The notes under the pieces were generated by a model that saw only the letters and a program-made list of their open reading frames with translations, was not told the DNA's origin and did no database searches. Below, piece after piece: positions 25,366-32,000 of a stretch of 32,000 nucleotides of DNA. Source of the stretch: Candidatus Saccharimonadota bacterium. GTDB lineage: Bacteria > Patescibacteriota > Gracilibacteria > UBA4473. The number at the start of each line of letters is the position of its first letter. The stretch's first letter is position 1. The stretch is from NCBI GenBank assembly GCA_030429505.1, contig JAUIFI010000001.1, positions 90,001 to 122,000 of the forward strand, in the 5' to 3' direction. A program made the translations under genes and the position numbers.

Positions 25366-26244
25366 ATGCTTGAATACCTCCTTTCCCTCCTCATTCTTAC
25401 GACTATCTGGACGTTACTGACCCAGAGCTATAATCTGTCCTTTGGACTGACGGGACTCTTCAACCTCGGACATATTATCTTTTACGGGATTGGAGCTTAT
25501 ACGGCGGCGATTCTGAATACTGATTACGGACTTCAAATTCTCCCCAATCTCATTATCGCCGCTGTAGTTTGCGGTATCGTCGCCGCCATATTTGGTTTAC
25601 TGACATTACGTCTGAGTGGGCATTATCTGGCGATTGCGACACTGGGAGCGGCCATGATTGCGATTGTGGTCGCAACCAACTGGATGGACCTGACCAATGG
25701 ACCTTTGGGCATTCGAGGTATTGATGGACCAATTCTTTTTGACCTTCAAATTACAGAAAGCTGGCAGATTCTTTTGTTATTTTTAGTTATTGCCGGACTC
25801 TGTCAGTGGACACTCTATAAAATCTTTCATTCACCCTTTGGCAGACTCCAAAGAGCTATCCAGGATGATGAGATCGCCGCCCGGGCCGTCGGAAAAAATA
25901 CCTTTCTTTCCAAAACCTGGTCACTTGTCCTCAGCTCGGCTTTTGCGGGCATCGCTGGAGCTATGTATACCCATTATCGTTTATTCCTCGACCCAACTAT
26001 CTTTGCCTTACCAGAAATCATTTTCCTAATTTTGATGATCATTGTAGGAGGGAGAGGGAACTTCTGGGGAGCAATTTTAGGCACTATTCTCGTTGTCATT
26101 ATTGGGGAGATTCCACGATTTTTCGGATTTCCCGACAGCATTATCGGTGCCTCACGCAATATCCTTTTTGCAGCACTGCTTATCACTACGATGTTTTATC
26201 GTCCCAAAGGACTCTTTACCCTCTTTGCTAAAAAAGCTACCTAG
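25366..26244 (+). CDS. livM: branched-chain amino acid ABC transporter permease (LivM type)
   Basis: 292 aa. GLFNLGHIIFYGIGAY, LRLSGHYLAIATLG, AIQDDEIAARAVG, GGRGNFWGAILG. Confidence 0.85.
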   Translation: MLEYLLSLLILTTIWTLLTQSYNLSFGLTGLFNLGHIIFYGIGAYTAAILNTDYGLQILPNLIIAAVVCGIVAAIFGLLTLRLSGHYLAIATLGAAMIAIVVATNWMDLTNGPLGIRGIDGPILFDLQITESWQILLLFLVIAGLCQWTLYKIFHSPFGRLQRAIQDDEIAARAVGKNTFLSKTWSLVLSSAFAGIAGAMYTHYRLFLDPTIFALPEIIFLILMIIVGGRGNFWGAILGTILVVIIGEIPRFFGFPDSIIGASRNILFAALLITTMFYRPKGLFTLFAKKAT

Positions 26245-26250
26245 TTGTCC

Positions 26251-26988
26251 ATGAATTTCCTCGAAATACACTCCTTATCCAAAGCCTTTGACGGACTCCA
26301 CGCCGTGGAGAATCTTCACTTTACCGTCAAAAAAAATACCATCACTGGACTCATCGGACCCAATGGAGCTGGGAAGACGACAGCCTTTAACCTCATCACT
26401 CACTTTCTCCCCAAAGATTCAGGAAAAGTCGTCTACGCCGGAGAAAATCTGAAAAAACTACCCGCCTATAAAGTCGTCCAAAGAGGTATGGCTAGAACTT
26501 TTCAGCAAATTAGGCTGTGGCCGAATCTTACTGTCAGGGAAAACCTACTTCTCGCTTGTTCTCGTGAGTACGATTCTTGGTGGAAAAGCTTTACCCACAC
26601 GAATGAAGCTCATCAAGACACCCAAATAGATGAAATGCTCGATAAAGTAAATCTCAGAAAATATAAAAATCATCTAGCATCAGACCTCAGTTACGGACAG
26701 TCAAAGCTCATCGAAATAGCTCGTACTATTCTCACCGACGCCGAACTTATTCTTCTTGATGAACCAGCTTCCGGTATTAACCCCACGCTCCTTCGAACTG
26801 TCGAAGATTTAATTTTCGAACTCAAGAAGCAAGGAAAAACAATTTTAGTGATTGAACACAATATGCCTTTTCTCATGGGTATATCAGACGAAGTGGTCGT
26901 CATGGAAAATGGACGCTTCCTCATGCAAGATAAACCAGAGAAAGTACAGTCAGATCCACGAGTTCTCGAAGCGTATTTAGGAGGATAA
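26251..26988 (+). CDS. livG: branched-chain amino acid ABC transporter ATP-binding protein (LivG type)
   Basis: Walker A GPNGAGKTT, signature LSYGQSK, Walker B ILLDEP, C-terminal DPRVLEAYLGG. The start could also be the TTG at 26245. Confidence 0.9.
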   Translation: MNFLEIHSLSKAFDGLHAVENLHFTVKKNTITGLIGPNGAGKTTAFNLITHFLPKDSGKVVYAGENLKKLPAYKVVQRGMARTFQQIRLWPNLTVRENLLLACSREYDSWWKSFTHTNEAHQDTQIDEMLDKVNLRKYKNHLASDLSYGQSKLIEIARTILTDAELILLDEPASGINPTLLRTVEDLIFELKKQGKTILVIEHNMPFLMGISDEVVVMENGRFLMQDKPEKVQSDPRVLEAYLGG

Positions 26989-27002
26989 TCTTCCTTCGTG
27001 TC

Positions 27003-27050
27003 ATCCTGAATTTATTTTAGGATCCAAAGATTCTGAAACGAGTTCAGAAT
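27003..27050. repeat. two adjacent related hairpins in the livG-livF spacer
   Basis: H1 is ATCCTGAA-tttat-TTTAGGAT (27003-27023). H2 is ATTCTGAA-acgag-TTCAGAAT (27030-27050). The H2 3' arm can alternatively pair with 27000-27010. Confidence 0.4.
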
Positions 27051-27076
27051 GACAAAAAAGTAATTATTAATTCCTC

Positions 27077-27802
27077 ATGACTCTTTCAATTCAAAACCTC
27101 ACCGCCGGTTACTCCTCAGGACCTGATATCTTGCATAATACCTGTTTCGAACTCAGAGAAAGAGAAATCGTCACCATCATCGGACCCAATGGAGCTGGGA
27201 AGTCGACGGTTTTAAGGTCTATCTTTGGACTTACAGACATCAGAAAAGGAGAAATTATTCACGGTTCACGAGATATCACATCTCTCTCTACTCACGAAAT
27301 AATCCGTTCAGGCATTGCCATGGTCAGCCAGGGACGAAACATCTTTCCTGACCTCACCGTCGAAGAAAATTTAGAAATGGGCGCATACACTCTCCGTTCC
27401 AAACAAGAAATCAAAGACAAGAAAAAGGACGTCTTCCAGTTTTTTCCCAAGCTCAAAAGCTTCCGTGATCGCCACAGTGGTATCTTGTCAGGAGGTGAGA
27501 GACAGATGGTAGCGATCGGCATGGCACTCATGCTGTCCCCTGAAGTTTTACTCCTTGATGAACCATCCATCGGACTGGCTCCTAAAATCATCGACGAAGT
27601 CTTTGCCAAGATTCAACACATCCGCGATGAAGGAGCTTCTATCCTCATGGTCGAACAAAATGCCAGTAAAGCTTTATCGATTTCTGATCGAGGTTATGTT
27701 CTTGAGTTAGGACGAAATGCTTTGGACGGTACCGGAAAAAAGCTCCTTACTGATCCAAAGGTAGGGGAATTATACTTAGGAAAAAAAGGAAAAAAATCCT
27801 GA
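27077..27802 (+). CDS. livF: branched-chain amino acid ABC transporter ATP-binding protein (LivF type)
   Basis: Walker A GPNGAGKST, signature LSGGERQ, Walker B LLLDEP, C-terminal DPKVGELYLG. Confidence 0.9.
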   Translation: MTLSIQNLTAGYSSGPDILHNTCFELREREIVTIIGPNGAGKSTVLRSIFGLTDIRKGEIIHGSRDITSLSTHEIIRSGIAMVSQGRNIFPDLTVEENLEMGAYTLRSKQEIKDKKKDVFQFFPKLKSFRDRHSGILSGGERQMVAIGMALMLSPEVLLLDEPSIGLAPKIIDEVFAKIQHIRDEGASILMVEQNASKALSISDRGYVLELGRNALDGTGKKLLTDPKVGELYLGKKGKKS

Positions 27803-27827
27803 CAGATACAAAATATTTACAGTTCTC

Positions 27828-27856
27828 TTGACAAAGACAAAACAAAAATTTAAAAA
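27828..27856 (+). promoter_or_regulatory. candidate orphan promoter
   Basis: TTGACA 27828-27833, 17-nt spacer, TAAAAA 27851-27856. No protein-coding gene downstream on this strand. Confidence 0.45.
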
Positions 27857-27862
27857 AAAGAC

Positions 27863-28029
27863 GCTCGATTTGTTTATAGATATCTGAACTATGCGATCAG
27901 TTATGTTCGAGATATATCTATCAACCGAATCAGCTCTTTACCTCCTTGCATATGGGTGGCGACCTAGATGAGCAGAGGAGTGCCCCTGGACGTATCTCTC
28001 TGATCGCAAAGAGATACGTCCATTTTTTT
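27863..28029 (+). ncRNA. candidate ~165-nt sRNA (promoter-to-terminator unit, unknown family)
   Basis: Bounded by the promoter above and a 12-bp terminator. Has a 5' imperfect hairpin 27876-27921. A 9-nt apex sequence is complementary to the terminator loop. No convincing ORF. Confidence 0.35.
27988..28029 (+). terminator. strong intrinsic terminator (liv operon and/or candidate sRNA)
   Basis: Perfect 12-bp stem GGACGTATCTCT/AGAGATACGTCC, 10-nt loop CTGATCGCAA, then A-TTTTTTT. Confidence 0.8.
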
Positions 28030-28133
28030 ATTACAATAAGTTATACGAATAATTCAAAAAAACCCGAATGTTTCATTAAATACGGATACTTTTTACTATT
28101 AAAATACTTTTCCTTTGGGACTTGGAAGCGAGA

Positions 28134-28210
28134 TGGTGGAGCCTATGGGACTCGAACCCATGACCTCATCCATGCCATGGATGCGCTCTAGCCATCTGAG
28201 CTAAGGCCCC
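28134..28210 (-). tRNA. tRNA-Ala (anticodon GGC), CCA encoded
   Basis: Minus strand GGGGCCT-TA-GCTC-AGATGGCTA-GAGC-G-CATCC-ATGGCAT-GGATG-AGGTC-ATGGG-TTCGAGT-CCCAT-AGGCTCC-ACCA. Full cloverleaf with the G3:U70 alanine identity pair. Confidence 0.95.
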
Positions 28211-28226
28211 GTACATTCTTGAAAGA

Positions 28227-29282
28227 TTATAAGAAGGAGTATGTTTTACGCAAGTTGGGACGCAGGCGACTTTTGTACACACTTTGACCACTTGATTGTC
28301 CCTGACGCAACTTTTTCTGCTCTTCTTTTGGTAGCTTAGCTATCTCTTGGCATTTGTGCGTACAACATCCAGAAAATTTCTCTCGACACTTCTCACACTG
28401 AATGAAAAGCAAATGACAGGCATCATTGAGGCAATTTGTATGTGTATCACATGGTTCACCACATTGATGACATTCACTCAATATATCATCAGTAATTCGC
28501 TCACCGACTCTTTCGTCAAACACAAAGTTCTTTCCCTTGAATTTTGAAGACAACCCTTTTCTGTGTATTTCATGAGTATAGTGAATAATCCCACCGTGTA
28601 ACTGGTTCACATCTTCAAATCCGTGATGACGGAGATACGCACTCGCTTTTTCACATCGAATTCCACCTGTACAATAGAGTAAAACCTTTTTGTCTTTTTT
28701 GTCTTTGAGAAGGTCTAGTGTCATCGGCAACTCTTCTCGAAAAGTATCACTATCCGGACAAATAGCACCCTCAAAATGACCAATCTCACTCTCATAGTGG
28801 TTTCGCATATCCACCACTACAATATTAGGATCATCCAAAGCTTTATGAAATTCTTCCGGATCTAAGTGCTTCCCAACATTCGTCACATCAAATGCATTAT
28901 CATCGAGACCATCCGCTACGATTTTTCGTTTTACTTTGATGATAAGCTTCAAAAAAGATTCACTTGGCTCTTCAACAGCAATTTTTAGTGGCATGCTTTT
29001 TAGTTCCTCCATTGATTCGAGATATTCCACAAAATCATCCCAACGAGGTTCTGGTACATTGATTTGCGCATTGATACCTTCATGAGCGAGATATGTTCGT
29101 CCTAAAATTCCCAAGTCCCTCCAGGCTTGATAAAGCTCATTCCGAAATCCGTGCGGATTTTCAATTTTAACATAACGATAAAAAGACACAGTCCTCCGCT
29201 TAAAAGATTCGGCTTCTAATTTTTGCCTCAGCTCTTCCTTGCTCAGACGATTATGAAGGGGTGTTGGAGAATTTTTTTTCAT
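28227..29282 (-). CDS. trhO: tRNA uridine(34) hydroxylase TrhO (rhodanese-domain, YceA/UPF0176 family), long form with Cys-rich C-terminus
   Basis: [24 protein letters not shown], rhodanese active-site loop [18 protein letters not shown]-terminal CHQCGEPCD...CEKC cluster. Confidence 0.85.
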   Translation of the reverse strand: MKKNSPTPLHNRLSKEELRQKLEAESFKRRTVSFYRYVKIENPHGFRNELYQAWRDLGILGRTYLAHEGINAQINVPEPRWDDFVEYLESMEELKSMPLKIAVEEPSESFLKLIIKVKRKIVADGLDDNAFDVTNVGKHLDPEEFHKALDDPNIVVVDMRNHYESEIGHFEGAICPDSDTFREELPMTLDLLKDKKDKKVLLYCTGGIRCEKASAYLRHHGFEDVNQLHGGIIHYTHEIHRKGLSSKFKGKNFVFDERVGERITDDILSECHQCGEPCDTHTNCLNDACHLLFIQCEKCREKFSGCCTHKCQEIAKLPKEEQKKLRQGQSSGQSVYKSRLRPNLRKTYSFL

Positions 29283-29400
29283 AAACCATAAAAACTGTCG
29301 ATATCATACAAACAGACACATTCTCTGCAAATATTTTTATTTCCCCCTTGAAAGAACAAAAATATTTCGGTACCTTATCAAAGAAATTAATATCTGTAGC

Positions 29401-29784
29401 ATGAAAAAAACTAGCCTTCTTTTATTTTTCGTTCTCTTTTTATCTGCCTGTTCGCACATTACTCATGAAGGGAAAGAAGAACGAGATCCCAATAAACGCT
29501 ATATTGTAGAAGATCCAGAAAAATGTAAAACAGCTTTTATTAACTGTTCAGGTGGGAGAAAACATTTTTCTGATAAGTACGGATGTGGATGTATAGAAAT
29601 GACTGGAAACGAATTAGAACCCAAAATCGATGGCATTTGTAGCCTCGAATACGCTCCTGTGTGTGCAAAAGTAGAAGTTCAGTGTGTCACAACACCCTGT
29701 GATCCAGTAGAACAAACTTTTTCGAATAAATGTGAAGCTAAAAAAGTTGGTGCAATTGATATTAAAGAGGGAGAGTGTAGCTAA
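29401..29784 (+). CDS. lipoprotein with C-terminal Kazal-like domain
   Basis: Lipobox FLSAC. C-terminus C-SLEYAPV-C...TFSNKC...GEC parallels the Kazal core ([20 protein letters not shown]...GKC of ovomucoid third domain), with an inserted QCVTTPC segment. Confidence 0.55.
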   Translation: MKKTSLLLFFVLFLSACSHITHEGKEERDPNKRYIVEDPEKCKTAFINCSGGRKHFSDKYGCGCIEMTGNELEPKIDGICSLEYAPVCAKVEVQCVTTPCDPVEQTFSNKCEAKKVGAIDIKEGECS

Positions 29785-29790
29785 AACATA

Positions 29791-30027
29791 ATGAAGAAAA
29801 CAAAACAAAACATGTTCCATGAAGCCCAGAGTCGAAAGATTATTTTCACAGATAAGCACGGTACAGAATATATGCAGTTAAATTTTATAGTGGCCATTGT
29901 TCTTGCTTTACTCCTGCCTTATGTAACTGTTTTACTAATTTTGTTAGCTTGTTTTCATATTCTGCATATGGAAATAAAACGTGCACCACAAAACAAAAAA
30001 CAAACAAAGTCTCTAAAAAAGCATTAG
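29791..30027 (+). CDS. small hypothetical membrane protein
   Basis: 78 aa, one long hydrophobic segment (FIVAIVLALLLPYVTVLLILLACF), basic tail. Starts 7 nt after the preceding stop. Coding status not certain. Confidence 0.4.
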   Translation: MKKTKQNMFHEAQSRKIIFTDKHGTEYMQLNFIVAIVLALLLPYVTVLLILLACFHILHMEIKRAPQNKKQTKSLKKH

Positions 30028-30043
30028 TTTGTGAACAATTTTT

Positions 30044-30072
30044 TTGACCAAAAAAAAGATTTTTTCTATGCT
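30044..30072 (+). promoter_or_regulatory. candidate promoter of the LCP gene (near-leaderless geometry)
   Basis: TTGACC 30044-30049, 17-nt spacer, TATGCT 30067-30072. Only 8 nt separate the -10 from the ATG at 30081. Confidence 0.5.
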
Positions 30073-30080
30073 ACTTACCG

Positions 30081-31427
30081 ATGAAATTCAAAGTTAAGAA
30101 GATACAAACACGCTCCACAAGAGTAAAAAATAAATGGTGGCGAAAAATAGTTCGAAACCTTGGTCCTAAAAAATCACTAACTCTGGCTATTTTACTAGCG
30201 TTTGTTCTCTTGTTATGGGGAGGAAGTGCTCTCGTGAAATCAGATTTGTTTTTAACCAAAGCAACAAGAAGCATTTTTTCATTTGGACCTCTAAAAAAAG
30301 ATAAACACGGACATACCAATATACTATTTTTGGGAGTCGCAGGAGAAGGCTCTGAGGGCGGTAATTTGTCCGACTCTATTATGATTGCCTCCTTTAATCC
30401 AGCTGAACCAACTGTATCATTCCTAAGTTTACCTCGCGATCTCTTTGTCTCCTCTAAAGTTGGAGATCGAAAAGTGAATGAAATCTATGCTGCTGCCAAG
30501 TTTAAGTACAAAGATGACAAACGAGGTTTAAGCATCATGAAAGATGCCATATCTAATTTTACAGGGGTTGATATTCATTACGGAGCTGTTGTGAATTTTA
30601 AAATATTTGAAGAACTCGTAGATGCTATGAATGGTATCGATATTTTTGTTCCTGAAGATATAGCAGATCCTTTTTATCCAGATGAAAATTATGGATATCA
30701 AACCTTTGTTGTTCGAAAAGGGCTTCAAAAATTCGATGGATCTACCGCGCTTAAATACGCTCGAAGTCGAAAGACATCTTCTGATTATGATAGAGCACGA
30801 AGACAACAAGACCTCCTTCTCGCTATCCGAAAACGCGCTGAAGAATTATCTTTGCTTACAGATTTTGACAAGCTCAGACAATTTTATGATATTTACAAAT
30901 CAAATTTAACTACAGATCTAGGCATAACCGAATTAATTGCTCTCGCTAAAATGGCTATGACGATTGATTATAGTAATGCTTTAGTCGCAGTCCTCAATAA
31001 TGATCCAACTAAAAAAGGAGGATTCCTTTATACCCCAGCGAAGGAATTTTATGGTGGTCAATTTGTCCTCTTGCCTGAAAATCTAAAAGATACACAACTG
31101 TTTATGGACTTAGTTTTGATTCACCCAGAGGTCTTTCTGGAAAATGCCCAACTTTCAATACTCAATGGTTCGAAAATGGATGGAAAAGCTACACAAACCG
31201 CTCATCGACTTAGAAGACTCGGACTACATGTCATTGAAGTTGCAAACTATGATTCAGATACTCCAGTATTTCGAACGTTTCTCAAAAATTTTACCACCGA
31301 AGAAAAACCAAGAACGCTTAAGATTCTCCAACATATGTTTAATATCGAGACAATCGAAGATATTCCCGAAGAATACATTCCAGAAGGAAATCTCATTGAT
31401 TATCAGATGGTCATAGGAACCAACTAA
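30081..31427 (+). CDS. LytR-CpsA-Psr (LCP) family cell-envelope glycopolymer transferase with LytR_C-like C-terminal domain
   Basis: N-terminal TM anchor, NILFLGV...SDSIMIASFNP...SLPRDL, ALKYARSRK...DYDRARRQQ. C-terminal SILNGSKMDGKATQTAHRLRRLG. Confidence 0.85.
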   Translation: MKFKVKKIQTRSTRVKNKWWRKIVRNLGPKKSLTLAILLAFVLLLWGGSALVKSDLFLTKATRSIFSFGPLKKDKHGHTNILFLGVAGEGSEGGNLSDSIMIASFNPAEPTVSFLSLPRDLFVSSKVGDRKVNEIYAAAKFKYKDDKRGLSIMKDAISNFTGVDIHYGAVVNFKIFEELVDAMNGIDIFVPEDIADPFYPDENYGYQTFVVRKGLQKFDGSTALKYARSRKTSSDYDRARRQQDLLLAIRKRAEELSLLTDFDKLRQFYDIYKSNLTTDLGITELIALAKMAMTIDYSNALVAVLNNDPTKKGGFLYTPAKEFYGGQFVLLPENLKDTQLFMDLVLIHPEVFLENAQLSILNGSKMDGKATQTAHRLRRLGLHVIEVANYDSDTPVFRTFLKNFTTEEKPRTLKILQHMFNIETIEDIPEEYIPEGNLIDYQMVIGTN

Positions 31428-31465
31428 AGCTTGATTTTTCGAAGAAAAAACAGAATCATAAAGAT

Positions 31466-31879
31466 ATGAAGAGATGGCACTATTGCTTATTAGTACTCAC
31501 AATGTTTGTCTTGCCCTTGGCACAAGCACAACCTCCGCCAAAAGTAACTCGATACGAAGCTCCACCAATTCTCAATGGTAATATTTTACCTGGATCATCA
31601 AACGAACAGTTTGTAAATGATCCTATTGTCGGAACTCGCTACATCACACAACGTCTAGCTCCAGGACTTGCGAACTGGTTAATAGTAGCATTACTAGCTT
31701 TATCTGTCGGAGTGTTGATTGTAGGAGGAGTAATGATGATGATAAGTTCTGGAGAATCTGATACGAAACAAAAAGCAAAGACTATGATTATATGGGCCCT
31801 TGTAGGAGTAGTGATTGGCATTATATCCTTTGCTATTGTGAATTTTGTGATTGGCATTGATTTTGAACTTATAGAATGA
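31466..31879 (+). CDS. secreted two-TM pilin-like protein (TrbC/VirB2-like, CPR T4SS-pilin type)
   Basis: Signal peptide ...PLAQA/QPP. C-terminal hairpin of two TM segments around a polar loop: LIVGGVMMMISSGESDTKQKAKTMIIWALVGVVIGIISFAIVNF. This matches the GG-x-MYMTSAG-x-KAK-x-I-x-GLVI pattern I recall for CPR pilin-like proteins. Confidence 0.6.
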   Translation: MKRWHYCLLVLTMFVLPLAQAQPPPKVTRYEAPPILNGNILPGSSNEQFVNDPIVGTRYITQRLAPGLANWLIVALLALSVGVLIVGGVMMMISSGESDTKQKAKTMIIWALVGVVIGIISFAIVNFVIGIDFELIE

Positions 31880-32000
31880 AATACATAATTTGGATAACCG
31901 TCTTAATGATTTCTGTGATGAGCGGAAACCTCATCTATGCTCAGGTGCAGTTAGGAGATCTGGATAGTGCAGGAACCCCAGATGAAATAAAATTTAGTAC
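31876..32000 (+). CDS. hypothetical secreted protein, 3'-partial
   Basis: ATGA overlap with the previous stop. MKYIIWITVLMISVMSGNLIYA/Q looks like a signal peptide. The frame stays open to the window end. Confidence 0.4.
   Translation, partial: MKYIIWITVLMISVMSGNLIYAQVQLGDLDSAGTPDEIKFS

Noticed and set aside
26351-27202. 26-nt identical stretch TCATCGGACCCAATGGAGCTGGGAAG in livG (26351-26376) and livF (27177-27202).
   Set aside because: Both copies encode the same Walker A peptide (IIGPNGAGK) in paralogous ATPases, and identical codon choice over 8-9 codons in an AT-rich genome is plausible. There is no flanking similarity to suggest a mobile repeat. Gene conversion cannot be excluded, but the observation is minor.
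27946-28191. 81-aa ORF spanning the terminator and the tRNA-Ala locus.
   Set aside because: It has a non-ATG start, crosses a 12-bp terminator hairpin, and reads antisense through a perfect tRNA. Not credible as coding.
1-32000. Alternative genetic code (UGA recoding, as in some CPR relatives).
   Set aside because: TGA terminates tsaD, rplQ, rplM and the pilin-like gene at expected lengths. No conserved protein shows an internal TGA break in the standard-code ORF track.
1-32000. CRISPR arrays, transposons/IS elements, integrases, prophage or known defence genes.
   Set aside because: I saw no regularly spaced direct repeats, no transposase, integrase or recombinase-like ORFs, and no terminal inverted repeats flanking a gene block. 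All long ORFs are accounted for.

Overview
AT-rich, gene-dense bacterial chromosome segment read with the standard genetic code. TGA acts as a stop at conserved C-termini (tsaD, rplQ, rplM), and no conserved protein is interrupted.

Most of the window is housekeeping:
- 5'-partial holB, then thyA, dcd, tsaD and topA.
- One tightly packed infA-rpmJ-rpsM-rpsK-rpsD-rpoA-rplQ-rplM-rpsI block. rpmJ is below the ORF-track size cutoff and was found by hand.
- efp, recJ, rplY/ctc, rseP, yidD and ruvA.
- A five-gene Liv-type ABC amino-acid importer, tRNA-Ala(GGC), trhO and an LCP-family envelope transferase.

Lineage guess (inference): a small-genome uncultivated bacterium, probably Patescibacteria/CPR-like. 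This rests on a pilin-like gene of the kind common in CPR genomes, almost universal absence of Shine-Dalgarno motifs, and many small hypothetical envelope proteins.

A TTGACA-N16/17-TAnnnT promoter consensus recurs in front of several units, and several clean intrinsic terminators are visible.

I see no CRISPR array, transposase, integrase, rRNA or recognisable defence gene. I cannot honestly point to a convincing multi-gene novel system. The best leads are:
1. A 721-aa orphan protein with an autotransporter-like C-terminal half but no signal peptide, plus a second porin-like secreted protein.
2. An orphan promoter-to-terminator unit (candidate sRNA) between livF and tRNA-Ala, whose terminator loop is complementary to an upstream hairpin apex.
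3. A heavily structured spacer after dcd.
4. infA reading 98 nt into rpmJ.
5. A Shine-Dalgarno dichotomy: only four small envelope genes have a strong SD.
6. An Arg32-type EF-P with no modification gene nearby.
7. A DUF2797-like zinc-ribbon protein head-to-head with recJ.

All homology calls come from motif recognition by eye, not database searches.
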